Positions 1 to 8,572 are shown, counted from the first letter of the stretch. The stretch is 23,178 bases of DNA from Deltaproteobacteria bacterium (GCA_016218805.1 JACRCW010000045.1:1-23178); one strand, 5' to 3'. The notes: a model not told the origin generated them from the sequence alone. A program made the numbers and translations.

Positions 1-139
1 CCGCTGGGATCGGCCATCGGTTTGGGTCGTAGGTGGTGTCGTTCCGGAGCATGGCGACGAGGACAGACAAGAGCCGGTCACCGACGATTCGGAGCGCATG
101 GCCGTGTTCGCATCCTCGGGCCCTGGCATCGCTGTACAG
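1..139 (-). pseudogene. C-terminal fragment of an IS110-family transposase (5'-truncated, runs off the window start)
   Basis: Manual translation of 139->2 gives LYSDARARGCEHGHALRIVGDRLLSVLVAMLRNDTTYDPNRWPIPA, which matches the typical IS110 C-terminal pattern Y..xRARG..H..ALR.(V/L).DRLL.VL.AMLR..T.YDP. Similarity is lost upstream of about 140 and the frame closes at a TGA at 244-242. Not in the ORF track. Confidence 0.75.
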
Positions 140-160
140 GCAACGGTTTCTTCTCGTTCT

Positions 161-299
161 GGATGACTTCCGTGACTCCAGGCTCACATCTTGACCGACT
201 TGGGATGACTTTTTGCAGTCCAGGAAGTCATCTTGAACGACTCAATGTCACTTCCAGCGCCACAGGAAGTCACCTCTTGTCATCCGGGATGACTTCCTG
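161..299. repeat. Degenerate 42-bp tandem array (about 3.3 units) of alternating inverted motifs GGATGACTTCC / CAGGAAGTCATC
   Basis: Units start at 161 (ggatgacttc), 203 (ggatgacttt), 245 (atgtcacttc) and 287 (ggatgacttc). The reverse-complement motif occurs at 179 (caggctcacatc), 221 (caggaagtcatc) and 263 (caggaagtcacc). Confidence 0.85.
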
Positions 300-306
300 C
301 GGCGTC

Positions 307-334
307 TTGACTGACCTGGAATCTGTTCTATCCT
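307..334 (+). promoter_or_regulatory. Putative sigma70 promoter TTGACT-N16-TATCCT for the 382..1071 gene
   Basis: -35 TTGACT at 307-312 and -10 TATCCT at 329-334; GGAG RBS at 371-374 before the ATG at 382. Confidence 0.5.
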
Positions 335-381
335 CCGCCGGGACCGTCTGATGGCATCCCCCCTGACCCCGGAGCCCTTCC

Positions 382-1071
382 ATGGCACTTCCTCTCCCGG
401 CTGACCCCCTCCCCGACCTGCTTGGTGACATCCACTACACGGCCGCCTGGCTGGACGCGCATCCGGAGGTGGCCTCCCTGGCGGCGCGGCTGGATGGCGC
501 GCACGCGGACATCGTGGGCAAGGCCACCGCGCGCAACCGCGCGGCGGATGGGATTGTCCGCGGGCAGGCCAAGCGGGAGGTAGCCTTCCGCGCCGTGGGC
601 GAAGCCCTGGTGTCCCTGGAGCGGAAGGTGGATTCGCACTTTGACACCGACCGCAAGGGCTACCAGGCGTTCTTCCCGGTGACCCCCAAAGCCATCATCG
701 GGTCCCCCATCTCCGACCGTGCATCCGCCGTTGAGGCGACGCTGGAGGCGGCCGCCGCCAAGGGTCTGCACAAGGACGTGGCACCGGCGGCCAAGAAGCT
801 GGTGACCGCGTGGGACAAGTACCAGGGCGCCGTGAAGAACCTGGTGGCCGCCGAGAAGGCGTACGCCAAGGCCGACGCCGTGGTGATGGCCGCCAAGACC
901 AAGGCCTGCGCCACCATGCGTGAGACCCACGGTCACCTGGAGACGAAGTACCCCGAGGACCGCGTGTTTGTGGAATCCTTCTTCCGCAAGCGCGTCAAGA
1001 GGGTGGCGGGCGCCGGGAAGAAAAAGGCGCCGGCAGAAACAGCCGAGGTGCCGGTGAACCAGCCGGGTTGA
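382..1071 (+). CDS. Hypothetical all-alpha/coiled-coil protein, 229 aa, with Lys/Arg-rich C-terminal tail
   Basis: ATG with RBS and strong GC3 codon bias. Ala/Lys-rich amphipathic helices; motifs YTAAWLDAHP, YQAFFPVTP and KYPEDRVFVESFFRK. No signal peptide and no recognisable catalytic motif. Confidence 0.85.
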   Translation: MALPLPADPLPDLLGDIHYTAAWLDAHPEVASLAARLDGAHADIVGKATARNRAADGIVRGQAKREVAFRAVGEALVSLERKVDSHFDTDRKGYQAFFPVTPKAIIGSPISDRASAVEATLEAAAAKGLHKDVAPAAKKLVTAWDKYQGAVKNLVAAEKAYAKADAVVMAAKTKACATMRETHGHLETKYPEDRVFVESFFRKRVKRVAGAGKKKAPAETAEVPVNQPG

Positions 1072-1118
1072 AAGCGGGCGTAGCGCGTTCTGACTGAGGT
1101 GCGCCAACCACCAGACGC

Positions 1119-1146
1119 CACGGACTGTGGTTGAGGTCAGTCCGTG
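1119..1146. terminator. 9-bp hairpin between convergent genes, possible terminator
   Basis: CACGGACTG (1119-1127), a 10-nt loop, then CAGTCCGTG (1138-1146); no U-tract. Confidence 0.35.
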
Positions 1147-1532
1147 AGACCAGATGCAGGCGTTCTCCGGCGATACCGCGTCCTGCCGCGCCGCGGCGCG
1201 GCGAACTCCGGCTCACCGTCGTGATCGGGGGTCTCCGCCATCAACTCCGCCACGTCCGACAGCACCGCTTCCAGCGTGCGGCCCGACCCGGCGGTTTGGG
1301 CCAGTTGCCGCTTGAGGCGCGCGCCCACCAACAGCACCGACATGATGCCAAACGCCACCAGGCAGTGGATTGCGGGCAGGCCCAGGTGGCGCTCGGCCAG
1401 CCCGGCCCCCCACGCGACGAGCAATACCGCGCTGAAGAAGACCACCAGGTAGAACCCGCTGACCAGGATCCCGATAACCCACCAGATCACCGGGTGCCGC
1501 GCGCGCAGCTCGTCCGATTCATGGTTGGACAT
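1137..1532 (-). CDS. Hypothetical membrane protein (2 TM segments)
   Basis: MSNHESDELRARHP... with hydrophobic stretches VIWWVIGILVSGFYLVVFFSAVLLVAWGAG and IHCLVAFGIMSVLLVGA. The start could alternatively be the GTG at 1586. Confidence 0.65.
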   Translation of the reverse strand: MSNHESDELRARHPVIWWVIGILVSGFYLVVFFSAVLLVAWGAGLAERHLGLPAIHCLVAFGIMSVLLVGARLKRQLAQTAGSGRTLEAVLSDVAELMAETPDHDGEPEFAAPRRGRTRYRRRTPASGLTD

Positions 1533-1818
1533 TGCCGCGCGTTCGTCGTCGTCCCGGGGACCTCCTCCAAAGGTGGGGTTGGTCACGCTTGAGCCCTTTC
1601 ATGGCCCGCTTGTTCGCGGCGCCTGGAATGAGAGTCATGGCGCGGCCACCCGTGGCTGACAAGGGTGTCCGCCCATCGCCGCCCGTTGTTGCACGCAGCG
1701 CGCATGAGGGCCAGGACGCCCTCCACATCCGTCACTTTGCGCACCGCGCTGATGGCGGGGGACCCCATTGCCCGCCCCCGCCACGGCAGGCAGAGTGGAC
1801 GCGGAGACCCCAAGCGCC

Positions 1819-2370
1819 ATGCACGGCACGCGGCGGCTGGTGAGGGTGGCGGCGCTGCTGGCCGCGGCGGGGGGATGCTCCAAGCCGCCCGCCACGCCCG
1901 CGCAAATCTGTTGCGCTTGCCTGGCGGAACACCGCGTCCTGGGGTTCTTCACGGTCGCTGACAAGGAGAGCGCGGCGTCATGCGAGGAGAAGGCAGCCAG
2001 CGGCATGCCGCTGGCCGATCCGTCGCTGACGGACATGCGGCGCGGCGTCCCGGGAGTCGCCGTCAACAACCCGTGCCTGGTCTTTGACCACTGCGCGTCC
2101 CAGTGCACCGCGCTGTGGTCCAAGCCCGCCACCTGCGGCAACGCGGGCGATTGCTGTGCTTGCCTGGCGGGCAAGACCTTCACCCGGTACGCGCTCATCA
2201 AGGGGTACGAGGTTCCCGACGGGACCCGGCCTTGCATGGACGCCGCGCCCGAAGCGTGCCGGGCCCAGGTGGAAACCGGCGGCGCGCTCCCACTGGCCAA
2301 CCCCTACGCCGACGGCAGCAGGGAGCAGTGCCTGGGCGCGGCGTGCGGGGAAGCGTGCAAGGGTTATTGA
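1819..2370 (+). CDS. Cys-rich lipoprotein with two internal repeats (CCACLA...)
   Basis: Signal peptide and lipobox-like MHGTRRLVRVAALLAAAGG-C, followed by two copies of SKP(P)AT...CCACLA...C...G.(L)PLA.P...CL...C...C. Confidence 0.75.
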   Translation: MHGTRRLVRVAALLAAAGGCSKPPATPAQICCACLAEHRVLGFFTVADKESAASCEEKAASGMPLADPSLTDMRRGVPGVAVNNPCLVFDHCASQCTALWSKPATCGNAGDCCACLAGKTFTRYALIKGYEVPDGTRPCMDAAPEACRAQVETGGALPLANPYADGSREQCLGAACGEACKGY

Positions 2371-2382
2371 CCGTTATTGACC
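2363..2382. repeat. Perfect 10-bp direct repeat GTTATTGACC x2 upstream of the kinase operon
   Basis: gttattgacc at 2363-2372 and 2373-2382, followed by the palindrome TGACGTCA at 2391-2398. Confidence 0.7.
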
Positions 2383-2402
2383 GCAGGCGTTGACGTCACC
2401 CG

Positions 2403-4862
2403 GTGCGCGTGGTCAGCACCCGCCGCATGCGGCAAGGAATCACCCGTACGCTGGTGCTCACCAACGCCGTGGCCACGCTGCTGATGCTGGCGGGCTACTT
2501 TGGCCTGGACCACATGCGGGACCGCGCCGGTGCGCTGCACGGCGCGCTGGTGGAGTTGGAGGCGGTGGGCGCCACGCTGGCCACCCAGCTGGACGGGGAC
2601 ATCATCACCCAGCTGGTGGAGACCTGGCCGGACGCCCACGCCGCCCGCGCGGACCCGGAACCGGAGGAGCTGCGCCGTGCGCGTGAACCGCTCCGGCTGG
2701 CCCTGGCCCGTGCGCGTGCCGTCCGTGACATCACGCTGGTCCGGCTGGCAGCGGAGGCGCGCGCCGGCGTGGAGGCGCGCCCCGCGGCACCGGCGTCCGG
2801 CGCGCTGGAGGTCCTGCTGGCCAGCGGCGAGAGGTCCCGCTGGGGGGACCGCGTGGACTACGCGCCGCCCATGGCCACCGCGCTGCTGGAGGGTTCGGTG
2901 GCGCACGTCACGGCACACCGCGGCGCCACCGGGTCCGTCATCTCCGCCATGGTGCCGCTGCTCAACAGCCGCGGGCAGGTGGTGGCCGCCGTGATGGTGG
3001 ACCGCCTGGAGGACGAAGCACTGGCTGACCTGACCGGCCTGCTGCGGGACCGCCTGCTGCTGCTGCTGGCCATGGCGCTGCTCAGCGTGCTGGTGGCGCT
3101 GGTGATGTCGCGGTGGATTGTGGAGCCGCTGCGGGAGTTGACCCGCCGCGCGGAACGCTTTGGCCGGGGCGAGGCGCAGCAGACCCTGGCGCTGGCGCGT
3201 GACGACGAGATTGGGCGGCTGTCACGCGTGCTGGACGGGGCCGCGCTGGAGCGGTCCCAGCGGGAGCGCCTGCTGGTGGATGCGCGTGACGAAGCCCTGC
3301 GTGCGAGCGCCGCGGCCGAGACGGCGCGGCAGGACGCGCTGGCAGCCAAAGACGCCGCGGAGACGGCCAACCGCGCCAAGAGCCAGTTCCTGGCCAACAT
3401 GAGCCATGAATTGCGCACGCCGCTCAATGCGATCATTGGCTATTCGGAGATGCTGCAGGATGAGCTGGAGGAGCTCTCCCCCGACGACGTGCGCGCCGAC
3501 CTCAAGAAGGTCCACGGTTCCGGGCGGCACCTGCTGGGCCTCATCAACGACATCCTGGACCTGTCCAAGATTGAGGCCGGGCGCATGGACCTCTATCTGG
3601 AGGACTTCAGCGTGACGCCGCTGCTGGAGGAGGTCCGCTCCACGGTGCAGCCGCTGGTGGAGAAGAACCAGAACACGCTGGTGCTGGAACCCGCAGACAA
3701 CCTGGGGCGCATGCACTCTGACGTCACCAAGCTTCGGCAGGTGCTGCTCAACCTGCTGTCCAACGCTGCCAAGTTCACGGAAAAGGGAACCCTCACGCTG
3801 CGCGCGCGGCGGGACGGTGACCGCGTGCAGTTTGCGGTGACGGACACCGGCATGGGCATGACGCCCGAACAGGTGGCGCGCGTGTTTGACGCATTTACCC
3901 AGGCGGACGCGTCCACCACCAGGAAGTTTGGCGGGACGGGCCTGGGGCTCACCATCACGCGGCATTTCTGCCGGATGCTGGGCGGCGAGGTGAAGGTGGA
4001 AAGCACGCCCGGGAAGGGGAGCACCTTCACCGTCACGCTGGCCGCTGAGGTGCGCCGGGAAGCCGGCGCGGCCACCCCCGCGACGTCCACCGCGCCTGCC
4101 GCGGGCAAGGGACCGTGTGTGCTGGTGATTGATGACGACCCCGGGGTGCATGACCTGATGGCGCGTTACCTGCGGCAGGAAGGGTACCGGACCGCGTTTG
4201 CCGGCAGCGGCCAGGACGGCCTGCGCCTGGCGCGCGAGCTGCTTCCCGACGTGATCACGCTGGACGTGATGATGCCCGGGCAGGACGGCTGGAGCGTGCT
4301 GGCGGCGCTCAAGGAGGACCCCGCGCTGGCGCACGTGCCGGTGATCATGCTGACCATGGTGCATGACCGCAGCCTGGGGTTTGCGCTGGGCGCGGCGGAT
4401 TACCTGACCAAGCCGGTGGAGCGCGCACGTCTGGTGGGCGTGTTGGCGCGCGTCCGCGGTGATGCGCCCGCGGATGTGCTGGTGGTGGAGGATGACCCGC
4501 AGGCGCGGGACATGCTGGTCAAACAGCTGGGCCGTGAGGGCTGCACCGTGCGCCAAGCTGCGGACGGCGTGGCCGCCCTGGAACTGCTGGCTGACCGCCG
4601 GCCCACGGTGATCCTGCTGGACCTGATGATGCCGCGCATGGACGGGTTTGAGTTGCTCTCCCGCCTGCAGGATGAGCCGCAATGGAAGGGGATTCCCGTG
4701 GTTGTGGTCACGGCCAAGGAGCTCACCGACGCGGACCGCGCGCGGCTGGAAGGGCGGGTGCGGGACGTGTTGCAGAAGGGCGCCTACGGGCGCGAAACGT
4801 TGCTCGCCCGGGTTCGCGAGCTTGCCCGGGGCGCCCGGGGCGCGGAGGTCGGGGATGGCTAG
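2403..4862 (+). CDS. Membrane hybrid sensor histidine kinase (TM-periplasmic sensor-TM-HAMP-HisKA-HATPase-REC-REC)
   Basis: H-box [19 protein letters not shown]-box [11 protein letters not shown]1 DTGMGM, G2 GGTGLGL; two receiver domains (LVIDDD...LDVMMP...KP and LVVEDD...LDLMMP). Start is GTG 2403 or ATG 2427. Confidence 0.95.
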   Translation: MRVVSTRRMRQGITRTLVLTNAVATLLMLAGYFGLDHMRDRAGALHGALVELEAVGATLATQLDGDIITQLVETWPDAHAARADPEPEELRRAREPLRLALARARAVRDITLVRLAAEARAGVEARPAAPASGALEVLLASGERSRWGDRVDYAPPMATALLEGSVAHVTAHRGATGSVISAMVPLLNSRGQVVAAVMVDRLEDEALADLTGLLRDRLLLLLAMALLSVLVALVMSRWIVEPLRELTRRAERFGRGEAQQTLALARDDEIGRLSRVLDGAALERSQRERLLVDARDEALRASAAAETARQDALAAKDAAETANRAKSQFLANMSHELRTPLNAIIGYSEMLQDELEELSPDDVRADLKKVHGSGRHLLGLINDILDLSKIEAGRMDLYLEDFSVTPLLEEVRSTVQPLVEKNQNTLVLEPADNLGRMHSDVTKLRQVLLNLLSNAAKFTEKGTLTLRARRDGDRVQFAVTDTGMGMTPEQVARVFDAFTQADASTTRKFGGTGLGLTITRHFCRMLGGEVKVESTPGKGSTFTVTLAAEVRREAGAATPATSTAPAAGKGPCVLVIDDDPGVHDLMARYLRQEGYRTAFAGSGQDGLRLARELLPDVITLDVMMPGQDGWSVLAALKEDPALAHVPVIMLTMVHDRSLGFALGAADYLTKPVERARLVGVLARVRGDAPADVLVVEDDPQARDMLVKQLGREGCTVRQAADGVAALELLADRRPTVILLDLMMPRMDGFELLSRLQDEPQWKGIPVVVVTAKELTDADRARLEGRVRDVLQKGAYGRETLLARVRELARGARGAEVGDG

Positions 4863-5226
4863 AATTCTGCTCGTAGAGGACAATGAGATGAACCGGGACA
4901 TGCTGTCCCGCCGCCTCAAGCGCAAGGGCCACGACGTGGTCATGGCGGTGGATGGACAGCAGGGCGTGGACCTGGCGGTGAGCGAGCGCCCCGACCTGGT
5001 GCTGATGGACATGAGCCTGCCGGTGATGAACGGCTGGGACGCCACGCGCACGCTCAAGGCGCGGGAGGACACCCGGCGCATCCCCGTCATTGCGCTGACC
5101 GCGCATGCCATGAGCGGTGACCGTGACCAGGCGCTGGCAGCCGGGTGCGATGACTACGACACCAAGCCGGTGGAGCTGGACCGGTTGCTCGGGAAGATCC
5201 AGGTCCTGCTGGAGAAGAAGGCATGA
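4855..5226 (+). CDS. Single-domain response regulator (DivK/CheY-like)
   Basis: [21 protein letters not shown]...LMDMSLP...ALTAHAM...TKP; the ATG at 4855 overlaps the end of the kinase gene. Confidence 0.95.
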   Translation: MARILLVEDNEMNRDMLSRRLKRKGHDVVMAVDGQQGVDLAVSERPDLVLMDMSLPVMNGWDATRTLKAREDTRRIPVIALTAHAMSGDRDQALAAGCDDYDTKPVELDRLLGKIQVLLEKKA

Positions 5227-6647
5227 GTGAGGAGAAGGAATCCGGCAATCTCCTTGTCGTTGACGACAACGAGATGAACCGGGACATGCTGTCCCGCCGG
5301 CTGGAGCGCCGCGGGTTCACCGTGCTCACCGCTGAGGACGGGTACAAGGCGCTGGCGCTCATTGCGGAGAAGCCGTTTGACCTGGTGCTGCTGGACATCA
5401 TGATGCCCGGCATTGACGGCGTGGAGGTCCTCAAACGCCTGCGCGAGAAGTACACGCCGTCCGACCTGCCGGTCATCATGGTGACCGCCAAGGACAGTTC
5501 CGAAGACGTGGTGCAGGCGCTCAAGGTGGGCGCCAATGACTACGTCACCAAGCCCATTGATTTCCCGGTGGTGCTGGCCCGCACGACGACACAACTCACG
5601 CTCAAGCGCGCGCAGGAGCAGCTCAAGCAGAAGTCCGCGGAACTGGAGAAGCGCAACGCGTTCATTCGCAAGGTGTTTGGCCGCTACCTGACGGACCAGG
5701 TGGTGGACAGCCTGCTGGAGACACCGGAGGGGCTGGCGTTTGGCGGGGAGAAGCGCAAGGTCACCATCCTGATGAGTGACCTGCGCGGGTTCTCCTCCAT
5801 GTCCGAGCGGCTGGGCCCGGAGAAGGTGGTGCTGTTCCTCAACCACTACCTGGGCCTGATGGCGGAGGTGATCACCGGCTACCAGGGCACCATTGACGAG
5901 TTCATTGGCGACGCGGTGCTGGCGATCTTTGGCGCGCCGGTGCAGCGGCCGGATGACGCGGAGCGCGCGGTGGCGTGCGCGCTGGCCATGCAGCGCGCCA
6001 TGGAGCAGGTCAACGCCTTCAACCGTGAACACGGCGTGCCGGACGTGGAGATGGGCATTGGCATCAACACGGGCGAAGTGGTGGTGGGGAACATTGGGAG
6101 TGACAAGCGCGCCAAGTACGGCGTGGTGGGCAGCCACGTGAACCTGGCCGGGCGCATTGAAACGTATACGGTGGGCGGACAGGTGCTGGTGGCGGACACC
6201 ACCGCGGCAGAGGTGGGTGACCAGTTGCTCACGCGCCGCACGCTGAAGATGGAAGCCAAGGGCATGAAGGACCCCATCACGCTGCATGACGTGATGGGCC
6301 TGGGCGGCCGGCACAACCTCACGCTCCCGGACGACGAGGACCCGCCGCGCGCGCTGGCCATCCCGGTGGACGTGGGCGTGATCATCCTGGAAGGCAAGCA
6401 CCTCAGCGGGGCTCCCGCGCCCGGCCAGGTCCTGGCGCTGTCCCGGAAGTCCGCGTGGCTGGCCACAACGCCCGCGCCCGTGGCCACCGCCAACCTCAAG
6501 CTGCACTGGCACGCCGTGGCGGGCGGTCCCTCCGTGGGCGAGGCCTACGCCAAGGTCATGGACGTGGCCCCGGACGGACGGGCGCTCATCCGGTTCACGT
6601 CCGTGACGCCGGAAGTGACCGCGGCCATGACGCCGCTGCTGGAGTGA
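5223..6647 (+). CDS. REC domain fused to class III adenylate/guanylate cyclase (Cya2-like) with a C-terminal beta-rich domain
   Basis: N-terminal REC (VVDDNE...LDIMMP...TKP); cyclase motifs TILMSDLRGFS, IDEFIGDA and GNIGSDKRAKYGVVGSHVNLAGRIE; ATGA overlap with the upstream gene. Confidence 0.93.
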   Translation: MSEEKESGNLLVVDDNEMNRDMLSRRLERRGFTVLTAEDGYKALALIAEKPFDLVLLDIMMPGIDGVEVLKRLREKYTPSDLPVIMVTAKDSSEDVVQALKVGANDYVTKPIDFPVVLARTTTQLTLKRAQEQLKQKSAELEKRNAFIRKVFGRYLTDQVVDSLLETPEGLAFGGEKRKVTILMSDLRGFSSMSERLGPEKVVLFLNHYLGLMAEVITGYQGTIDEFIGDAVLAIFGAPVQRPDDAERAVACALAMQRAMEQVNAFNREHGVPDVEMGIGINTGEVVVGNIGSDKRAKYGVVGSHVNLAGRIETYTVGGQVLVADTTAAEVGDQLLTRRTLKMEAKGMKDPITLHDVMGLGGRHNLTLPDDEDPPRALAIPVDVGVIILEGKHLSGAPAPGQVLALSRKSAWLATTPAPVATANLKLHWHAVAGGPSVGEAYAKVMDVAPDGRALIRFTSVTPEVTAAMTPLLE

Positions 6648-6651
6648 CCGC

Positions 6652-7473
6652 ATGACCACGCTCAGGGGAAAGACGCTGTTCATCACCGGCGCCAGCCGCG
6701 GCATAGGGCTGGCCATTGCGCTGCGCGCCGCGCGGGACGGCGCCAGCATTGCCATTGCGGCCAAGACCGCCGAACCGCACCCGCGCCTGCCCGGCACCAT
6801 CCACACCGCCGCGGCGGAGATTGAGCAGGCGGGCGGGCACGCGCTGCCGCTCACCGTGGACGTGCGGCAGGAGGACCAGGTGGTGGCCGCGGTGGAGCGC
6901 ACCGTGGCCACGTTTGGCGGGATTGACGTGCTGGTGAACAACGCCTCCGCCATCCAGCTCACCGGCACGCTGCAGACGGAGATGAAGCGCTATGACCTCA
7001 TGCACCAGGTCAACGCGCGCGGCACGTTCCTGTGCAGCCGCACCTGCCTGCCGCACCTGCGTAAGAGTTCCAACCCGCACGTGCTGACCCTGTCACCGCC
7101 GTTGAACCTGGCGCCCAAGTGGTTTGGCCCGCACGTGGCGTACACCATGGCCAAGTACGGCATGAGCCTGTGCACGCTGGGCATGGCGGAGGAATTCCGT
7201 GATGAGGGCATTGCGTTCAACGCGCTGTGGCCGCGCACCGTCATTGCCACCGCTGCCATAGACATGTTGGGTGGCGACGACATGATGCGGCAGTCACGCA
7301 AGCCGGCGATCATGGCGGATGCGGCGCACGCGGTCCTGGTGAAACCCGCGCGGTCCTTCACCGGGAACTTCTGCCTGGATGAGGACGTGCTGCGCGCCGC
7401 AGGCGTGACGGATTTCTCCGGCTATTCCGTGGAGCCCGGGGCCGCGCTGCTGCCGGACCTGTTCCTGGATTGA
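6652..7473 (+). CDS. Short-chain dehydrogenase/reductase (HSDL2/AtuG-like)
   Basis: TGASRGIG Rossmann motif, NNAS, catalytic YTMAK, ALWPRT and C-terminal PDLFLD typical of this subfamily. Confidence 0.93.
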   Translation: MTTLRGKTLFITGASRGIGLAIALRAARDGASIAIAAKTAEPHPRLPGTIHTAAAEIEQAGGHALPLTVDVRQEDQVVAAVERTVATFGGIDVLVNNASAIQLTGTLQTEMKRYDLMHQVNARGTFLCSRTCLPHLRKSSNPHVLTLSPPLNLAPKWFGPHVAYTMAKYGMSLCTLGMAEEFRDEGIAFNALWPRTVIATAAIDMLGGDDMMRQSRKPAIMADAAHAVLVKPARSFTGNFCLDEDVLRAAGVTDFSGYSVEPGAALLPDLFLD

Positions 7474-7506
7474 GGCCAGGGCTTCAGGGGAGCTGGCGGG
7501 GGGTGC

Positions 7507-8484
7507 TCACTGCGGACCGCCGGGCAGTTCGCCCGCACGGATGCGCGCGCGCACCGCGGCACGCAGGGCCGCGCGCTCGTTGTCATCCATCCGGTGATTG
7601 CCGTTGGTGTCAAACTGCGCGCGCTGCTGCATGTGCTCCGCGCGGCGGGCCTCGCGGAACGCGCGCTGTTCATCGCAACTCAGCGAGCCATCCGCGTCCG
7701 CATCCGCCGCGGTGAGATCCGCGGTGATGTCCGCCAGGCGTTGCTGGTGCATGGCGTCGCGCGCCGCCTGGGTCTCCGCGTCGGACAGCGTCCCGTCCCC
7801 GTCCGTGTCAAAGCGGGTGAGCAGGTTGGCGTTGCGCGCTTGGCAGCCGGCCCGCAGGTCATCCTCCAGCGTGGCGCGCTCATCCTGGTCCAGCGTGCGC
7901 GAATCATCCGCGTCATAGATGAACATCAGCTTGTGCCAGCCCTCCGGGCGCGGCGGGCCGCGCCGTGGCGGGTGCGCGGTCATGTCCGCGATCACCATGG
8001 GGCCCTGGCACTGCGGCTCGCCGTGGGGGCCGCCCTCACCGGGCCGCGGGCCACCCTGACCACCACCGGCACCGGGGCCCGCGCCGCCGCCCTCACCGGG
8101 CATGCCCATGCCGCCACCGCCGTGGCGACCGGGTCCCTGACCTGCACCACCACCACCGCCACCGCCTTCACGCGGGAACTGTTCCTCCAGCGCCGCCTCC
8201 TCGTCGGCGTCCATGGTGCCGTCACCGTTGGTGTCACACCGGTCACGCACGCGCCGCTCTGCCGCGGGCAGCGTGCAGTCCTGCAGCAGCGGCGGCAGGT
8301 CGGTCGCCTCGGTCTCGGTGGCGCTGCCGTCGTTGGTCGGCGCGGACCCCAGCGCATCATGGCTGGTGGAATCCGTGGCCTCCGCGTACGTGGCCTTCTG
8401 CAGCGCCGTCAGCGTATCCACCGCCGCGCAACCGCTACCCAACAGGGCGGACAATCCCATCCCAACAAGTCGATTCGTTCGCAT
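7507..8484 (-). CDS. EF-hand calcium-binding lipoprotein with Gly-rich linker
   Basis: Lipoprotein signal MRTNRLVGMGLSALLGSG-C; five EF-hand-like loops DTNGDGTMDADE, DADDSRTLDQDE, DTDGDGTLSDAE, DADADGSLSCDE and DTNGNHRMDDNE. Confidence 0.85.
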   Translation of the reverse strand: MRTNRLVGMGLSALLGSGCAAVDTLTALQKATYAEATDSTSHDALGSAPTNDGSATETEATDLPPLLQDCTLPAAERRVRDRCDTNGDGTMDADEEAALEEQFPREGGGGGGGAGQGPGRHGGGGMGMPGEGGGAGPGAGGGQGGPRPGEGGPHGEPQCQGPMVIADMTAHPPRRGPPRPEGWHKLMFIYDADDSRTLDQDERATLEDDLRAGCQARNANLLTRFDTDGDGTLSDAETQAARDAMHQQRLADITADLTAADADADGSLSCDEQRAFREARRAEHMQQRAQFDTNGNHRMDDNERAALRAAVRARIRAGELPGGPQ

Positions 8485-8572
8485 GGACGTTCCTCGGTCC
8501 GCGGGCGCGGGGGCCGCGCACGCGGTGGTTGTGGCTCCCTGCATGTGGATTGTCCGGGATCCGCCGGATCCG

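Noticed and set aside
161..299. CRISPR array interpretation of the repeats
   Set aside because: The repeats are degenerate and about 11-13 bp, the inserts are only 8-12 bp, and there are no cas genes in the window.
22..351. 109-aa plus-strand ORF containing a 14-aa repeat (GMTSxxxGSHL)
   Set aside because: TTG start, no GC3 bias, and its first half is antisense to the IS110 remnant. The peptide periodicity is a by-product of the 42-bp DNA array.
1583..1813. Small minus-strand ORF upstream of the membrane protein gene
   Set aside because: No recognisable motif, no clear RBS and ambiguous codon bias; it cannot be supported.
3222..6968. Long minus-strand ORFs (629 aa, 604 aa), and similar long alternative ORFs at 8213-10009, 11040-12626 and 18264-19466
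   Set aside because: These are shadow ORFs of well-supported genes, expected in high-GC DNA where stop codons are rare on the antisense strand.
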